The position numbers were made by a program, and so were the translations under genes. Below the pieces are notes generated by a model, which saw only the letters and a list, made by a program, of their open reading frames with translations, was not told where the DNA came from and searched no databases. A stretch of 49,971 nucleotides of DNA, counting the filler, from Bipalium vagum (taxonomy: Eukaryota): assembly GCA_037834085.1 (NCBI GenBank). It is 3 parts of 3 records of this genome, joined end to end, with 100 filler letters (N's around TTAATTAATTAA, not from the genome) between each part and the next. Parts side by side here need not be neighbours in the genome. Positions count along the whole stretch, not along the records: positions 1 to 17,398 come from JBBMKC010067811.1; 2 more parts are not named here. One strand, 5' to 3'. Positions 1-13,706 of the stretch are shown here, piece after piece; the stretch's first letter is position 1, and each line of letters starts with the position of its first letter.

Positions 1-69
<69 letters not shown>
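1..69. repeat. (TAA)n microsatellite at contig start
   Basis: Perfect TAA tandem run seen directly. Confidence 0.98.
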
Positions 70-71
<2 letters not shown>

Positions 72-1742
72 TAACTTGTCTTTAAGTTTTTTGGTTCTTT
101 TGACTAATGTAAAAAATAATTATTAGTTATTATCATATGGAACATAATAAAACCGGTAAATAAATAAATAATTTTTTTGAAATGAAGTATAAAAAATATG
201 AATTAACTTAAAAATCAATATTCCTGAATATAAATTACTTTCAAAATGACAATTTTGTTGTGTACTTTTGTTCTATTAAAGCATTATCAGTTTTTTATTA
301 ATATTTTTGCTTCATTTATTGAATGAATGAATAAAATCAAATCTAAAAATATTAAGGATTAATAACACTAAGAATAATTTGTTTAATTTTTTTGTTTTTT
401 AATGTAAAATAATTTTTACAGGAAATAACTTTTTATGTCATTTCCTTTCTTTTTTTATAAGACGAATGGGTCACGAGTTTTTTCAGGATTCTGTATCAAG
501 AAGTATATAAAATTGTCCAAAACTGCTACCTTAAATAAAGTTTATATTAAATGAAAATGGTTTTTTAATCACATTTGTCCAACGATTTTATGAGAGATTA
601 AAGTTTATGATACTTCATATGTCGGTTCGCAGGCCTTTACTTATTTCGGTCATTAGATTTTATTTTATGGTTTCGTTATAAAGTTTTATATGGTTTTTTT
701 TAACCAATTTCTACTTATTTTAACATTAAAAAGGTTTCGATACAAGGTTTGATAATATTAGATTTGCTTGTGATATTTGAAGTGAAATTTTGATAGTGTC
801 GATATTGTTAATTAAAATATTTTAAAATAAAATAAAATTGTTATAATAAAGTATGAAAAACTACGACCCAAAATCATTTTCGTCTATAATAACTTAATCG
901 GTTTAAAATGGCGTATTTTTCGAGGGATGAATTTTAAAAACGTTTTTTATAATATTAAATAAATGAAATAAGATAAATGAAAATGTTAAGTAAGTTATAA
1001 TTTGTTAAATATTCAATAAGTTTTTAAAAAATTATTATTGAAATTAAAACAAAGGAAAAGAAATACATTTTGATAAACAATTTAACCTTTAAAATTTAAA
1101 TTGTGATATGAATATGAACTGGCTTAGTATAAAAACAATATAGATTATGATATATAAAAACCATAACAAAAAACAAGTTGCCTATAAATCAAATCAGCTA
1201 ATTTATGGTTTTTGTCACATTTAGTAGGCTTTAATCATTAGTGGCACGATTTTATACTTTATTTTGGATTTTCTAGAAACTTAAAAGACTTTTAACGCCA
1301 GTCAAGGAAACAATTACCTATGAAGTGTGAATTCAAAATTTATTAGTTATTATATATTTATATTGATTTTGAAATTTTAAAAAATGGACACCCGTTATCA
1401 AGACAAAAATTCTGTTGCATTTTTTATTAAGAATATATTAGGTTATTCGGAAAATAATTAGTGTTTATACGAACGAAAATGAAAATAAAATAATATTAAT
1501 TTAAAGACATGATCTTATGATATCCTAATTCTCGTTGGACATCACTAAAGTGTTATCAATATCTTTTTGTAAACTTGGTTTTGGATAAGGATTTGGAATG
1601 GACCCATTATCTTACGGTTATAAGAAATGCTATTTTCCTTCACAGGTTTATATATGATTAAATTAGATTGATTAAACAAGACTCAATAATTCCGGTACAA
1701 TTCATTAAAATAATAAGTGGTTCGTTTTTATTGAAAATGAGT

Positions 1743-2226
1743 ATATAAAGTTTGTCTCAAAAAATGTATACACACTTTAAAAATAAATTGTTAAGTAATT
1801 ATAAGCCTTTATCACTTGTTTTATAGTTCGTTTAAATACTCCAATAACTGGGAAGAAATTAGCGCTATTTTAAACCTATAAATTTATCCTTAAAGGTTGA
1901 ATCATGAAATGTACATTGAACTTTGAACAGTGAAAATTTATTATAAAAAATTTAAAAGTTTTGAAAAGATAAGTTTGAAAACATAAAAGACATACAAACC
2001 CTGTTCAAGAAATAATTTCAGAAAGATCTTCAAAAGACTGACAATCAGTTGAATAAAGGATAAATTCGAAAAAGATGAAACTATTTATAATGTCAACAAG
2101 GACCGTTCTGGAAGGACCGAGGATATCGACAAGTACCACAAAGAAAAAAAGAATACTGGAATTGTTTAATCGAAGCCCGCAAACATCTGAGTGACAAGCA
2201 AGTATTGAGCAGGAATCTCAAAAGAT
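1743..2226 (+). mobile_element. 5' fragment of a decayed Tc1/mariner-superfamily transposon (DUF4817-type HTH N-terminus; rosa/maT-like)
   Basis: Frameshifted translation KFEKDETIYNVNKDRSG(R)PRISTSTTK..RILELFNRSPQTS has the GRPR motif and SP..S helix of these transposases. TIR-like start TATAAAGTTTGTCTCAAAAAATGTATACACAC. Confidence 0.6.
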
Positions 2227-2309
2227 TTTGTTCACCGAACTTCTTTCTTTTAATGAATTAATTAAGTTTAAGAATTTATTGAATTCTTATATACTTTTCA
2301 AAATCTTTG

Positions 2310-2720
2310 TTTGTTTTGGAATTGCGAATAAAGTCTTCCAGGAAGAGATTAGAATTCTTAACAATAATAATTGTTATAAATTAATTATAATTCACAAGGA
2401 CTTGACATAATATGAAAGATTAAATTTGATATAATTATAAATATTGTCTCGAATTTCTGGACTCGTTATACTTATGTGAGATTTCTGAATATTTTCTCAC
2501 CAACTCAATAACGAATAGGTTTATCTTAGTTAAACTTCAGACGACGTCAGCTCGGATGGGACACGTTATTATTAGTATAAAAAAGTAAGGATTCTAGTGA
2601 TGATGTGGTTTTCAATGAGAGAAATATTTGAGGTCTTAATTTTTCAACATTGCAAGAAATCCCTACACGTACTTGTTAGGTGATGGAGTCAGGAAGTGAA
2701 ATAGAGACACGCACTCTGTG
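2310..2720 (+). mobile_element. Possible degenerate RTE-type LINE 3' fragment
   Basis: GIANKVFQE..RILNN and RRRQL.W / MGHVI resemble post-RT RTE motifs (RIGIAK.AF; QLRW.GHV.R). Heavily decayed. Confidence 0.35.
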
Positions 2721-2947
2721 GACTTTTAATTCACAAAAACGTATTTATGACTTCTTTTGAATTTTTATATTTTGACATTTAAACTTATTAAATCTAAACT
2801 TTGAGCATGTCAAAAAAATTTTTCTTACCATTTTAAAAAATCTTTTCCTACCTCATTATTTTCTATTTTTCGTGTTTTAATTTATAATTAGTAAATATAT
2901 TTTTAACAAGATTTTTTGAAAATTACATTTAATTTGAAAAATATCAG

Positions 2948-3275
2948 GATGTCTCTGACAGATTTCATCAACAATTTCGATACTCTTGATATCTGCCATT
3001 TGCCAATTAATCTGAATGTCAAAGGAATTCAGATGAAAAACTTTTGGACTCTATTGTCTTTCCCTGGTGAGTGGAAAGTCGGTTTGAGCGCAGGAGGTCG
3101 TCCAAAATTGGTAAATTTCCATTTTATGAACCCACAATTTCTTTTGGATCTCAAAGATCCCACAGATAATTCTAATTGCTCATTGCTTATTGGTTTGCTT
3201 CAAGAAGATCCAAGAGGTGCTGAACCAAGTGTTGCTGGTCGCGGAAACCTAAGCATCGGATTTGTTATTTACCAG
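2948..3275 (+). CDS. Calpain internal exon (end of protease core and first half of domain III/C2-like); upstream exons lie outside the contig
   Basis: AG acceptor 2946-2947, phase-0 GT donor 3276. Translation (W)MSLTDFINNFDTLDICHL...GEWKVGLSAGG...NPQFLL...LLIGLLQ...IGFVIYQ matches calpain motifs. Confidence 0.93.
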
Positions 3276-5592
3276 GTAACTTATTTAAAATTACAGCTTC
3301 CCACATTTAATTTCTATCTTATATCAAGACTCAAAATTAAACTGATCAAAATATGTAAAATGCTGGTTTGGCTTTTTAAAAATTTTATTATTTATTTTCA
3401 CTATTTTGTTTTTACTATTTAAGTAATATACTGATTTTAAGGAGTCAATTTTTGATCTATAAATTCCAATTAAATCAAAAAATTTAAGGAATTAAAGAAT
3501 ATAAACTTTTGATTGACAATTTAGTTTTCTTTATTATCTTTTTTGGTGTTTCAGGAATAACATTGAATTTCTTATCTTTAATGTTAATATTGTGATCAAG
3601 AAACACCTCGTTTTTTATTTTCTTCCATTTTAATTGTTTAATCTTGAAGCCTGTGTCAAGGATTTATTTATTCAAAATCCCATCTAATCATTTTATATAA
3701 AATAAATTCTCTGGAATTTTTAATTTTCTATTTAAAATCAATATTATTAAATGTATATTAATAATATATAATTAATTGATTATTTTTATAAAATTATTGA
3801 AATTAGAATTTTTCAGTAAAGCTGATTTGACACTCTTTAATTAACTTAATTAATCAATCACTTTGTTAATATTATATATTTAAATTGATTTGAATTACTG
3901 AAAAAGGTAAATGACTTATTTAATATAATTTATTTTTTATATCTATTTATTATATATTTAATCTTTATTCTATTTCTTTTTATTTTTCATCAGCATTCTT
4001 AATGTATTGTTTACAGCTGATAGAATACATTCATGAATATTTTAAATAAATCAGTGCAAATACTTTTTTATTCTCAATTGAATAATTCTGTAAATATTTA
4101 AATAAGATAAATTCAGTGGAAAATTATTTAATTATATCAGAAAATTTTATCAATAATAAAATAATATAAAATAAATGAACTGAAACAATTTTTTATTTAA
4201 ATAAAAAAACAAAAGAATTCCTTTTTAATATATAACCATTTCAGTTTTTTAATAATCAGATATTAGATTTAAAAATCAAGTCTTAGATACCTTTAAAGGA
4301 ATCTTGAGGAATACTTTAATTTATATTTTCTCATTTATTCTATAGAAATAGAATTATTCTCATTCTCTTTAAATACTAAAATTTTAGATCTTCTCATTTT
4401 CTCATATAAGAATCGATTAAATAAGATCTCCGAGAAATGTATTCTAAAATATAAAATATGATTCTAAAACTTTAAACATTAATAACATGAAATACTTTTT
4501 CCGTATTATTAATTTTTCTAACATTTAATATGATTAATAAACATAAAATAATATTAATGATATAAAAAATAATAATAATAATAAACATTTACAAGCTTAT
4601 TTGTATTTTAAAATTTAATTTGAAAGAGTAAAATTGTTAATTATTTATTAACTAAAACAGTTTTAAATTTTCTAATTTATTATTATGCTCTATGAGATTT
4701 TTTTATGATTTTATTAATGAATTTTTAAGTATTTTTATGATTTAAAGTTTTTGTTAAATTTTAATTATTTATATCTCTTCTAATGCATTTTTTCATTCTG
4801 AAAAGTTTCTAACCATCTCTTGTTTTTTCAGGACTCTAAAGATTTATAATATTTTATGCTGCTTTCATCATAAATAGATCAATAAAAACTCTTTATCCTG
4901 AGAAATATTTTAAAGAAATTTTATGGAAATACTGTAAAGACCTGTGAGTATTACTTTAGTATATGGAATTCGAAAGAAAACTTAATTAAGGTTTACTTTT
5001 TATCTAAAGATATTTTCTTGTTCAAGAAAAATTCATTTGAACACAAAAGAAAAATAAATATAAAGCCAGATCTTTTCTGTGCTTTCATGTGTTTCCTTCC
5101 TGTTCTATTACTTATGTCTTGGCATTATAAATATCTATATAATTTATCAGTTTGAAAACTTTTATTATCGAAGTATCTTATATGATCAATAAATATTAAA
5201 ACTTCCTTTTTCTATTTTCATAAACTGACATATTAGTTAAATAAATGAAAAAATTAAATATAATCCTTAAAAACGCCTTTTTGATTGATTTGATCTATTA
5301 TTTATTAGATTCATTTTTCATAATTTTTATTCTCAATAATTAATTTTTATGTTTATTTAATAAATTTTAATCAACTTTTAATAATTAAAAAATATTTTTA
5401 TAATGTATTATTAATAGTAATATTTTTTTACCTCAAAATATTTTGGAGTTCCTAAAATTATGTTAAATATATATATATATAATATATAATGGTTTTTATT
5501 TTAACATGAAAAGTTTTAATAATTAATAAAAATAAGAATGGATTGAAGAAAGATTTTGTATTGTTAATATTCTTCAATTTCAATTACTATCA

Positions 5593-5684
5593 ATTTTCTT
5601 GATACATGTTTAAATGTAAATTGTCAAAAACATTGACTGATGAAGAACTGAAAAATAAAAGTTCGAAACATGTATCAAGAAAAT
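5593..5684 (+). ncRNA. Hammerhead ribozyme in calpain intron (probably Penelope-like pLTR derived)
   Basis: CTGATGA at 5637-5643, extra A, stem II GAACT/AGTTC, GAAA at 5665-5668, palindromic ACATGT and GTA site. Perfect 19-bp inverted repeat 5593-5611/5666-5684. Confidence 0.75.
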
Positions 5685-8038
5685 ATATATTTGAAAAATT
5701 TCTGTATTCATTTATTAAAAGGCGAACATTCGAAAAATAACTAGGATTGTGTTTTATATCTGATGTATATTATTTTACTGGTAAAATAACTGTCCAAAAA
5801 CAATTATTTGTTTATAAGTTCTTTTTTTTAATTTTTAAAAAATTTGCCTCTTTTAATAACTTTGATTCATTAATTAAATTTATAGATTTAAAAAATTCTA
5901 GTTCTATTAGAATTAATTTCCAGAAAACAATTTTTATATTTGACTGGTTTTTTAGTATTTTTAAAAATCAAAAATATATAATTAATGAACTGGTTTCAAA
6001 ATCTTATTTATAATTTTAAATTAATTTTAGAAATGGAAAGTTTTTATTCTGATAAAATCTTTTGTACGAAAAAATGCGTTTTTCAAAATATATTACTGTT
6101 TTATATTTTTGAAAAATTTAAATAATAATTTTAATTCATTATTTAGTTTTTTTTTAATGTAGATTTCTATTTTATCTTATATAATTATATTTTATTTAGT
6201 TAGTTGTTATTTATTATTGAAATCCAATTTAATTCTGTTATTCCTTTAAAGTAACATCAATCAGAAGAAAAAAACCATAACTAATTGATATCATTTTCTA
6301 ATATATAGTTTTCATAAATAAATAAAATGCCACCAGTATTTTTTCTTCTTTCTGGGTTTTAATGGCACAAGATAACTTAATAAATAAAAACTGTTGCTAA
6401 ATTATGGAAATTTTCTTCAAAAATCGATAAAGAAAGTATGATTTATTAATACATGAAAATAAAAATGTTATTAGGTAATAATTTTTCATACATTCTATAC
6501 ATTGTATAAGACATATCAATATGAACGGATTTAGAGAATTATTACATATATCAAGTTGCTAAATGTAATTAAAGGAATTTTATCAAATTCCGTTGAGACT
6601 AGAGAAAGATAGAATACAAATATGAAATTAATCAATGAAGAAAAGCTTGGGAATAATTTCTGTGCAAAACATTGGATCTCGCATTAGATATTACTAAGAA
6701 AATCAAATATCTATTAATTATTTTCTGATATAGCTGAGACATCAGTGTTTTTTTATTCATTAATATATATACTTAAAATAATAAATATATATAAACTAAA
6801 CGTTACACGGGCAAATTTGACAATAAGTAGATATTAATGCATTTTTAAATGATTAGCTTAATAACTTCTAAGGTGATATAAATAATTCTCAATAATTTCA
6901 TTTAAAAATAAGACGATTTCCCTTAAACAAATAAGTAATTAAAGAAAATATAGATATCCTTTTTGTTTTTCTTTTACAACTAGTAAATTTTGTTCCAATA
7001 CGTTCTCTGATTTATTCAAAACTATGTTAACAGATTCCTGTGAACCTTTAACCGTGAAACCTGTTTAAAACTTTACTCGTAAAATAGTGAGTTAAGTTAC
7101 CCTTCCCTGTAAATCATTTGATTATGCACATTCAGTTAATCTCAGCTTCTTTTCTGCGATTTAGGTACTAGATATTTGAGATTATTGAGATATTTAGAGA
7201 TTCAGCTTCTTTTACATTTGTGGTAATGTTTTTAACTTGAATATGCGTCCTTCCATTCATCGAGTAACGTATATATTGATTATTTCTTATAGCTTGAACT
7301 AAAATTTATCTCTATTGCTGATAATTTATTAATTTTTCTCAAATATTTTCAACATTTTTCATTGTTCTTTATCCATAGACAGAAAATAGGTCTGTTAAAA
7401 ATTTAAAATTACAGGAATATTGATACTTCCTCAATTTATTCCTTTTAATTATCATTTCTACAATTCAAAATATTATTGTCAGCATAAAAATCGTGAATTG
7501 AAGTAAATGGCACTAGAGCGCAGCATTCAGCATTTTAAAAATTCTATTTTCACACCATTCGAAAGGTTTTGAGTCAAAACTTGTTACAAGGCTTTTTTCC
7601 AGATTTTGCTTATTTTGAAACATTATTTTTCAATTTTTTTGAATGTTATACTTAAATAATAATTAAAGGAATTTATGAAAACTTTATTTTATTATTTTAT
7701 AATATAATGTGGGTCAATTATGATACTATACAAATACTATATAAATACTTTATTATTTCGAATAAAATAATTATATTTATTATCAGTTTATGTGAGAAAA
7801 ATAGAAATCTCTTTATTGATTCTTAATATTTCCTAGATTCCGATTAAAAAAATAAAAATATTACACTCGGGATATTCTGTGTGTCACTTATATTGATCTA
7901 AAACGCAAGTGTTTTGACTTCATATGGTATGTTCGTAACCATTTAAAATAAATTTTAAAATTAGTAGGTTTTGATATATCTCAGTCATTTAATTGTGTAA
8001 GCGAAACTTTAAGCTACAATTGGTTCTTGTTGTTTCAG

Positions 8039-8738
8039 TTAAAATCAAAGGATATCCAAATTCCTTTGAGACGTGAATTTTTCACAACAAATACATTCGT
8101 TGCAAGCGTAGACTCTTTCATCAACTCTAGAGAGGTTGTCAAGCGCTTTCAGTTGCCTGTTGGAACGTATTTAGTGGTCCCGTGTACTTACGATTCCAAC
8201 CAAGAAGGTCGATTTCTGTTGAGAATTTTCATAGAGTCTGTGAGTAATGGAGTTTTCTCTACCGATAATATTCCAATGACCAGTCAGTCCGAAATAAAAA
8301 TCGAACCTCAAAAGGAAATTATTGTTCGTCAAATGTTTTATCGAGAATCAAATGTCGAAATGGCGCTCACATCTTTCCAGTTTCAACGACTGATAAATTG
8401 GTTTTTAAAAGATTCCGGTTTTAAATATGAATTGAACATTGAGGCCTGTAAAGCAATTGTGGTTCTATTCGATCAATCAATTGGCAAAATAGAACCAACT
8501 TTTAAATTTATAGAAGCACATTTCATCCCAATGTGGACTTGGCTTTTGCGTTGTCTGAAGCAAATACAATCGGCTGATTTAATCGGACCTGTTGCTCTTC
8601 AAAAATCTATGGAAAATCTTCAATTATCAGTCAGCAATCAAACTATACAGAACTTGATTCATAGATTCGCAAATGAATCTGGCTCCATTTCTGTTTCTGG
8701 ATTCATTACCATAGTGGCCATTATTTCGAAAACAAACG
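8039..8738 (+). CDS. Calpain exon (rest of domain III plus degenerate penta-EF-hand domain)
   Basis: TTTCAG acceptor ending 8038 is in phase with the previous exon. SFINSREVVKRFQLPVGTYLVVPCTYDSNQEGRFLLRIF is canonical domain III. GTAAT donor at 8739. Confidence 0.92.
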
Positions 8739-8798
8739 GTAATAATTATAATTATTACGTAAATATGTTGACATTTTCTTTTAACAAATTATATTCAG

Positions 8799-8821
8799 GA
8801 TCGATCATGATGCACAATATT
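8799..8821 (+). CDS. Putative 23-nt calpain micro-exon ((G)SIMMHNI)
   Basis: 60-bp GT..AG intron 8739-8798, then a possible GTTTAT donor at 8822 that puts the 14438 exon in phase. Inferred from phase only. Confidence 0.4.
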
Positions 8822-9394
8822 GTTTATTTATTTTATTATGTTAATTATTATTATATTATTATTATTATTATTAAAACAAGTAGTATAAGTAAATATTCTT
8901 TTAAAATTCATTTTTAATATAATATGTTTTGCGCTAAAATTATCCCTCTCTTAGAAAAATGATTTAAAAACAATAATATTGAAATTTACAATTCCTATTA
9001 AGTTAACCTTGTTAAGAGCAATCACACAGATGTCAACAAAACATTTATTGATAAAATTTCCATCAGTAGTTGTAACCCCTTATAACAGCAACAGTTTTTA
9101 AAAATTCAGGTAAAGCGAAGTTTTACCGGGTAATTTTACTATAATATTATCATTATTAATGTTTTTTTTATTTTCATTATATAATGAATAAATTTTTATC
9201 ATTAATATTAATATATTATTTTATTTATTTCATATATTTTCGATGTTATTGCATCATTATTTTTGAAGAAAAATAATATATTATTATTTTATAAAATGTA
9301 TTTATTAAGTTTATACATTGAAAGTGAGCCTTTTTCTACATTTTTTATTTAATAAGTAATATAAATATTAAATAAACATAAAACGAAAAAAATA

Positions 9395-10506
9395 GTTTAT
9401 TCAAAATATTCCATCGTTAATAATAACTTTCTTTCATTTTTCAGGATTGGAAGCGCTTCTGCAAAAGTGCCATCGATCGAAACAGATGTTAGTCAGAAGG
9501 GGCGTAGTCTGTTGAATGGGTAGCATTGGTAGCACTTCCCATTGAAGCAACTCTAATATTTTCTGGACTCGTTTGTTGGCGTGTGGCTGGGCGTTGTCAT
9601 GCAGCAAAATTAGTTTATGCTGCCTTTTCTCATATTCTGGTTTTTTTTGCAAAAAGACTTATAAATTATTTATTTATTAACCGTTTTACATTACTTTTGC
9701 AACTCATGATGGATCACACCTTTTTAGTTCCACCAGATGCTTAGGAGAGCCTTTTCCCATGGATGTTTCTCTGGGGTATTGCTTTGGAAGGCTGTCCGGG
9801 ATCGCAAATTGGTTTTCTGCGTTTAGGATTTTTGAAAGAAATCCACTTTTCGTCGACCATAATAATTCGGTGCAAAAAATTTTTCTTTTTTGTCGAGCAA
9901 CCAAAATTTCAAACTTAACTTTACATCTTTCCATGCCTATCACATTTACCTCGAGTGGTACCCATCTTCCTACATTGTATACCTTTCCCGTGGCTTTTAG
10001 ACGTCGGCTTATTGAAGATTGAGAAACATTTAATGATTTAGCGAGATCAGTTTGAGTTTGGCACCGATTTTCAACCATCAATGCTTCTAGGTCTTGACCT
10101 CCAAATGCTTTCTTTTATTCTGGGCGCTCTTTATAATCCACCATAAATTTGCCCTTTCGGAAACCTACAAACCATCTTTTGTAAGCGGCTTTTGATAGAG
10201 CGATGTCTCCTTAAGCCGCCACAAGGATTCTGTGAGTTTCTGCTGCAGATTCTTTAATACCAAAATGAAATAAAATCTCTTTGTGCAAATGTTGCTTATT
10301 TGGTATTACCGTCATTGGTAAACCGTCATCTAAAAAGGATAAAATAAGATATATACTTAAGGAAATCAGATATCAGAATATTTTTTACAGATTATTTTTG
10401 ATAAATTCGGAAAAAATATATATTCAAATAGTTTATTATCTTTATAGTTTATTTTCTTTATTACAATTATTTAAAAAGGGTTCAATTTCAATGCATATAC
10501 CTAATA
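9395..10506 (-). mobile_element. Decayed mariner, Mos1/mauritiana-like
   Basis: Minus strand MTVIPNKQHLHKEILFHF..KESAAETHRIL, GRWVPLEV (WVPHEL), LLHDNAQPH. TIR-like TATTAGGTATATGCATTGAAATTG at the right end. Several frameshifts and stops. Confidence 0.92.
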
Positions 10507-12221
10507 TTTTTATTTCACTAAGACAATCTATTATTAATCTATTATATGTATTATATTTTTATTTATAATAATTTATTTATTTATTAGTAGCAAAAATTAC
10601 ATTAAAAAAATTTTTTATTACTTTAAAATTTATTTTCCATCAATTTTTATTTTGTTTATTATGGATTATTTATTTTAAAATTTTAAAAACAATAACTCAT
10701 GTTTTTGACCTTAAATTAAAATTATTCAATATTTACTTTTTAAAGTGTTTCTGAGTGAAACAAAGTGATGTTTTATTTTAGATTGGAATTAAAATATTAT
10801 ATTTTTTCATACTAATTGTTTTAATTGACTTGCTTTTTTTCAGGAGAATTAAATTATGAAATTAATCCTGTTATAGCTAAAATAAATTACTTGCATCACA
10901 TTTCCATGGAAACTGTATAAGGATTTTGAAAATATTTCTATTAAACTTAATAATACTGTTATATTCATAATATATTTCAGACTGAATAAAATCAATATAA
11001 ATTTGAATGAAATATGTGAAAAGTAATTTTTTCTAACAATCTCATGTTCTGTTGATTTATAATCAATTTCAATGTAAAATTGAAATAGAAATTTTATGAG
11101 TTTTACTCTGTTAGTTTTTGTTCTCATAGATATTATTTTCACAATACTCTTTTGCAAGTGAAAAATTAATTAATTTGATTAATTATTAATAATTGGTTTA
11201 AAAATATTTTCAATTTAAATTAGTAAGATTTTTGTTATGTCCAGAAAAATTTAATGAATATTTTAAATATACACATTTTCGGTATATTATGAGTGTTCTT
11301 AATCATAGTCTATTATTTTAAAAATCGATTTTTAATAAAATAATATAATTTTTTACAATATTTCTAATTAAATTTTAGATTTATATTTCTACAGACTACT
11401 TTAAATTTTAAGCGATTTATTTTCAAAATTAATATCCATTATAATTTGTGTTAATTTCATTGGACAAATATTAATTGAAATTTCTTATTAATGTAATTAT
11501 ATTTGGTGAAATTAATTGTATTGAAGTTAATTGTATCAATTATTGTTTTTTATAACTGGGGTTAGAACTTAATAAGTTTTACTGGAATTAGTGATAATGT
11601 TCGAAATCTAATTGATTTAAATTATGTATTATGATTAATGTATTATTTAAATTAATTATTAAAAATATTATTATTATCAGATTTTAAATATTTATTATAA
11701 ATCTGTACTAATTATATAAAATTATTTATTAATATTTGTTTAAATAATTACTTAGAACATTTAAAGTGAATTAATCACAAATATATTTAAGGCGCGTGTT
11801 GCTTTATAAACTTAGAAAAAGTATGACACAGGTTCAATAATTGAATTTATTTTTCTTAATAATAATAATATTATTATATTATTATTATTATTTAATTTTC
11901 TTTTAAATTCTTTTTTCTTTTATCGTCTAATTAATAAACATCTTAAAATAAAGCGTAAATAATATTCTATTCAAAGGAAAGAAAATATTAAGAATGTTTA
12001 ATTTATTGGTATTTTTTCTCACATTCTATATCGACTGCACTGAAATATTCTTATTAGGGAATTTTATTTGATTCCACTGATAGATGATTTTTGGCGTTGT
12101 TAAATTTTTAAAGGAATTTCAAGTTTAAAAAAATTCTTATTAAGAAATTCCTATTTAAGTTTTAAAAAATAGTTTTTTATCTGGTCTTGTCTATTATCTC
12201 TAAATCTGTCAATTTATCTAT

Positions 12222-12630
12222 TATTAGGGTGGCTCATAAGTTTCCAAAAAAATTTATATAATATTGGTACTGAACATAAATATTATGAAAATGAATTTTA
12301 TGCATCGAAATTCAATTCCTCATGTTTTGAACCTTCTTTAGTAAGAGACAAATTTGATACCAGACCGTATCCTTGGATACAAAGAATTCGCAACATGATT
12401 TTTCAATATCATTGACATCCGGAAATGTCCTTTCTTTTAAGAAAGTTGATCGCACAGGTTGAAATTTGATGGCGCTAGATCTGTGCTATGATAGGATTTA
12501 ATATATAGACCACGCATGTCTAGCAGTTTTCATTCCCTGGCCATATTTTGGGAAAATATTTTAGCATATTCGTACTGTACATTTCTGTACATATTCGTAC
12601 AGAAAAATATGACGAATGTGGTCCTTTTGC
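12222..12630 (-). mobile_element. Mariner 3' fragment
   Basis: Minus strand SYHSTDLAPSNF (YSPDLAPSD)...RTFPDVNDIEKSCCEFFVSK. TIR-like TATTAGGGTGGCTCATAAGTTTCC. Confidence 0.7.
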
Positions 12631-13606
12631 ATTTTCATTTCAAATAATAAAAAAGGCAAAATTACAAATATAAAATTTTTAAATTATTATATTGAAAGCT
12701 TGATCGATAAAAATCTATTTTATTAAAACAATAAATATTAGTAATATATAACTAATATTATTATGTATATTAATAGATAATAATTTAACTAATATAAAAC
12801 AATATATATATTATTGTAATTTTAGTATTCTTTTGCAAGATTATAAAAAACCACATTACTTATGAATTAACCTAATACTATTCAAAAAACAATTGTTAAG
12901 AAATTGACATCTTATGATCGAGAAAAACATAATCATTTAATATTTATTTTTATATCTGGGTATATTAATAAAAATACTAGGGCTGAATAAATTATATTTT
13001 AATTAAATAATAATTAAATAAAATAATAATTAATTGAGTAATAAATAAATTGAGTAACTTGTTGTGCCATTTTATTTATCATTAAAATTAAATTATTTTA
13101 TCTCAGGTAATGATCAAAATTATAATGGGATTATGTTGGATGATTTCTTTTAATTATCTTTTCATTGAGTCTTTTAATGAATATCTTTAAAAACCATTAA
13201 AAATTGTAAACCAAAAAAAATCTAAGAAATTGGAAATAAAAATGGGAAAACATTAAAGACTCCTTAAAACTTGTTTTTTCTGAATAAAGTTGACTTGAAA
13301 TAATTTGTTTAACCTAAATAAATAATAATAACCACTTTACCAGTAATATTGACAAATTAAGTTATAAAAGTGGAATTTTTCCTAAAGAATTTTGTTGATT
13401 TTTTAGGTTATGTGATTAAAAAATATTTATTTAACTCTTCTTAATTTAATTTAAATACTTTTCTGAGTTAGTTATGACGATTTTTTAAAGTTATTTATTT
13501 ATTATAAATGTAAAGATTTACAAATTTTTAGGTGTTTAGTTTTTTATGAAATAGTTTTTTAAAACCTTTAAAAATTCCAATAGAGAAAAGTTTAAATTGA
13601 ATTATT

Positions 13607-13620
13607 TAATAATAATAATA

Positions 13621-13675
<55 letters not shown>

Positions 13676-13706
13676 TTTAAAAAAATAATAATAAATAATA
13701 GTAATA
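13607..13706. repeat. (AAT)n microsatellite
   Basis: Tandem AAT run seen directly. Confidence 0.95.

Noticed and set aside
1-69. Telomeric repeats at the window ends
   Set aside because: (TAA)n is a simple microsatellite that also occurs internally and is not TTAGGG-like.
455-890. MITE with degenerate TIRs (GACGAA..TGGGTC / GACCCA..TTCGTC)
   Set aside because: The match needs gaps and is too short to trust in such AT-rich DNA.
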